64,000 bases of DNA from Camelus dromedarius (Eukaryota). Under the pieces are notes generated by a model. The model saw only the letters and a program-made list of their open reading frames with translations, made no database searches and was not told the DNA's origin. Positions 62,975 through 64,000 of this stretch are shown one piece after another. Location of the stretch: positions 30,380,001 to 30,444,000 of the forward strand of contig NC_087439.1 in NCBI RefSeq assembly GCF_036321535.1. Reading direction: 5' to 3'. A program made the translations under genes and the position numbers. Within the stretch, counting starts at the first letter, position 1; the number at the start of each line of letters is the position of its first letter.

Positions 62975-63065
62975 CTTTCCATCACAACCGCTGCCAAACA
63001 ACGTCGGACCACAAGGTCTTCCTGTTCAAACCAGTGAGTTTTCTCAGTGACATCAGACAGGAAGG
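62975..63065 (-). other. Candidate exon (91 nt)
   Basis: Acceptor cttccaacagttttcag| and donor AAG|gtagga. Open frame xFLSDVTEKTHWFEQEDLVVRRCLAAVVMEx; several CpGs retained. Confidence 0.3.
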
Positions 63066-64000
63066 CTGAAAACTGTTGGAAGTCCCCTCCATGTTGGATT
63101 AGTGACACATGGGTGAACCGAGCCCATACATTATTCAGAGGGGAAAAATGTGGGCTTTGACTGAACTTTGAAGGAATCAGCAGCCATTCAGGAGGAGAGT
63201 GCCCTATTGTTCTACTTTCCAGAATACAAAGGGCAAGCGGCATTCTTCACAGCATAGCTAATGGAATGCACACAGACGGCAGACATCTCTGATGAGCTCC
63301 GAAGTCCTGTGCAAAGAGCCCTGATCAGAGGAAGGATGGTCACACTTTTTCTATTTCTGTAACATTACAACTCAGTGATACTCAGGTCAGTAGTTTCCGG
63401 ATAAAACGGTGTCATCTGTGAAGAGTGTACTTGTCAACAGAGCCAAGGTCCCCTCAGGAGGGCCACCAGGCAGATTAGGTTGACATTCATGCCATTGTCT
63501 GGCAGATCCTTCCCTGAAACATGGGAAGCCTTTCCTGCATGGTGGAGGAAGAAGAGAAATGGTTGGGAAATTCATTAAAAAAAAAAATTCCACACCATTT
63601 GTTTCTTCGAGACCAGAAAAGCATTTTCTAAAAAGAGAGAAGGAAACTCTGACCAAAAGGATCAAGTGAAAGCTAACAGGGCCTTTTGTCCAGATCATTT
63701 GCAAGGGTTCTGAATAGATTCCTGGTGTAGGCTCTTTGGTCAGTAATGAAAATTTAAGTATTTTGGGGGAAAAAAAAAGTATTCTGGAAAGGACATAGAA
63801 CAAACCCTGAAATTGCAAATATTTATTTGCACCTTATGCTACCACTGAGGATTTCCATAAACACTTAAAAAATATATTATCTTGTTTACATTTTCCTTGG
63901 CAAAAATTTCTTAATCTGTGGATTAAACTGATCTGCCATTATTAAGTTGGCTTGACTTTCAAAGGTAGGAAAGTGTTTTATTAAGGAAAAAAAAATACAC

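Noticed and set aside
63387-63818. 143-aa minus-strand ORF with a strong internal acceptor at 63535
   Set aside because: All three frames after the acceptor stop before any good donor, and the peptide is unrecognisable.
1-64000. CRISPR arrays, rRNA, operons or CpG-island promoter
   Set aside because: There are no regularly spaced repeat-spacer units, no rRNA-like sequence and no extended CpG-rich region. The DNA is eukaryotic intronic or intergenic.

Overview
This is AT-rich mammalian nuclear DNA, most likely camelid (alpaca, llama or camel). The species call rests on three tRNA-Ala-derived Vic-1-like SINE copies and artiodactyl/camelid-type L1 3' ends, all recognised from memory rather than by search. 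A large part of the window is interspersed repeats (MIR, L2, old and young L1, MaLR/ERVL solo LTRs, hAT DNA transposons) plus microsatellites, and it has three N gaps. I recognise no protein-coding gene and give no gene symbol; none of the supplied ORFs is convincing as a standalone CDS. L1 and LTR copies lie mostly on the + strand, and several clean AG...GT small-exon candidates lie on the - strand. Together these suggest the window is inside a long - strand transcription unit, but this is inference and the gene is unidentified. The directly visible, unexplained structures are: a 124-bp inverted duplication (2121-2244 / 3716-3839); a 49-bp locally templated insertion with a duplicated 16-bp flank (8551-8599, copied from 7249-7299); a hairpin overlapping a candidate 5' splice site (21793-21864); and an AT-rich palindrome (60207-60260). 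I see no firm evidence of a new biological system. Repeat family names are from recalled consensus sequences, and boundaries without target-site duplications (TSDs) are approximate.
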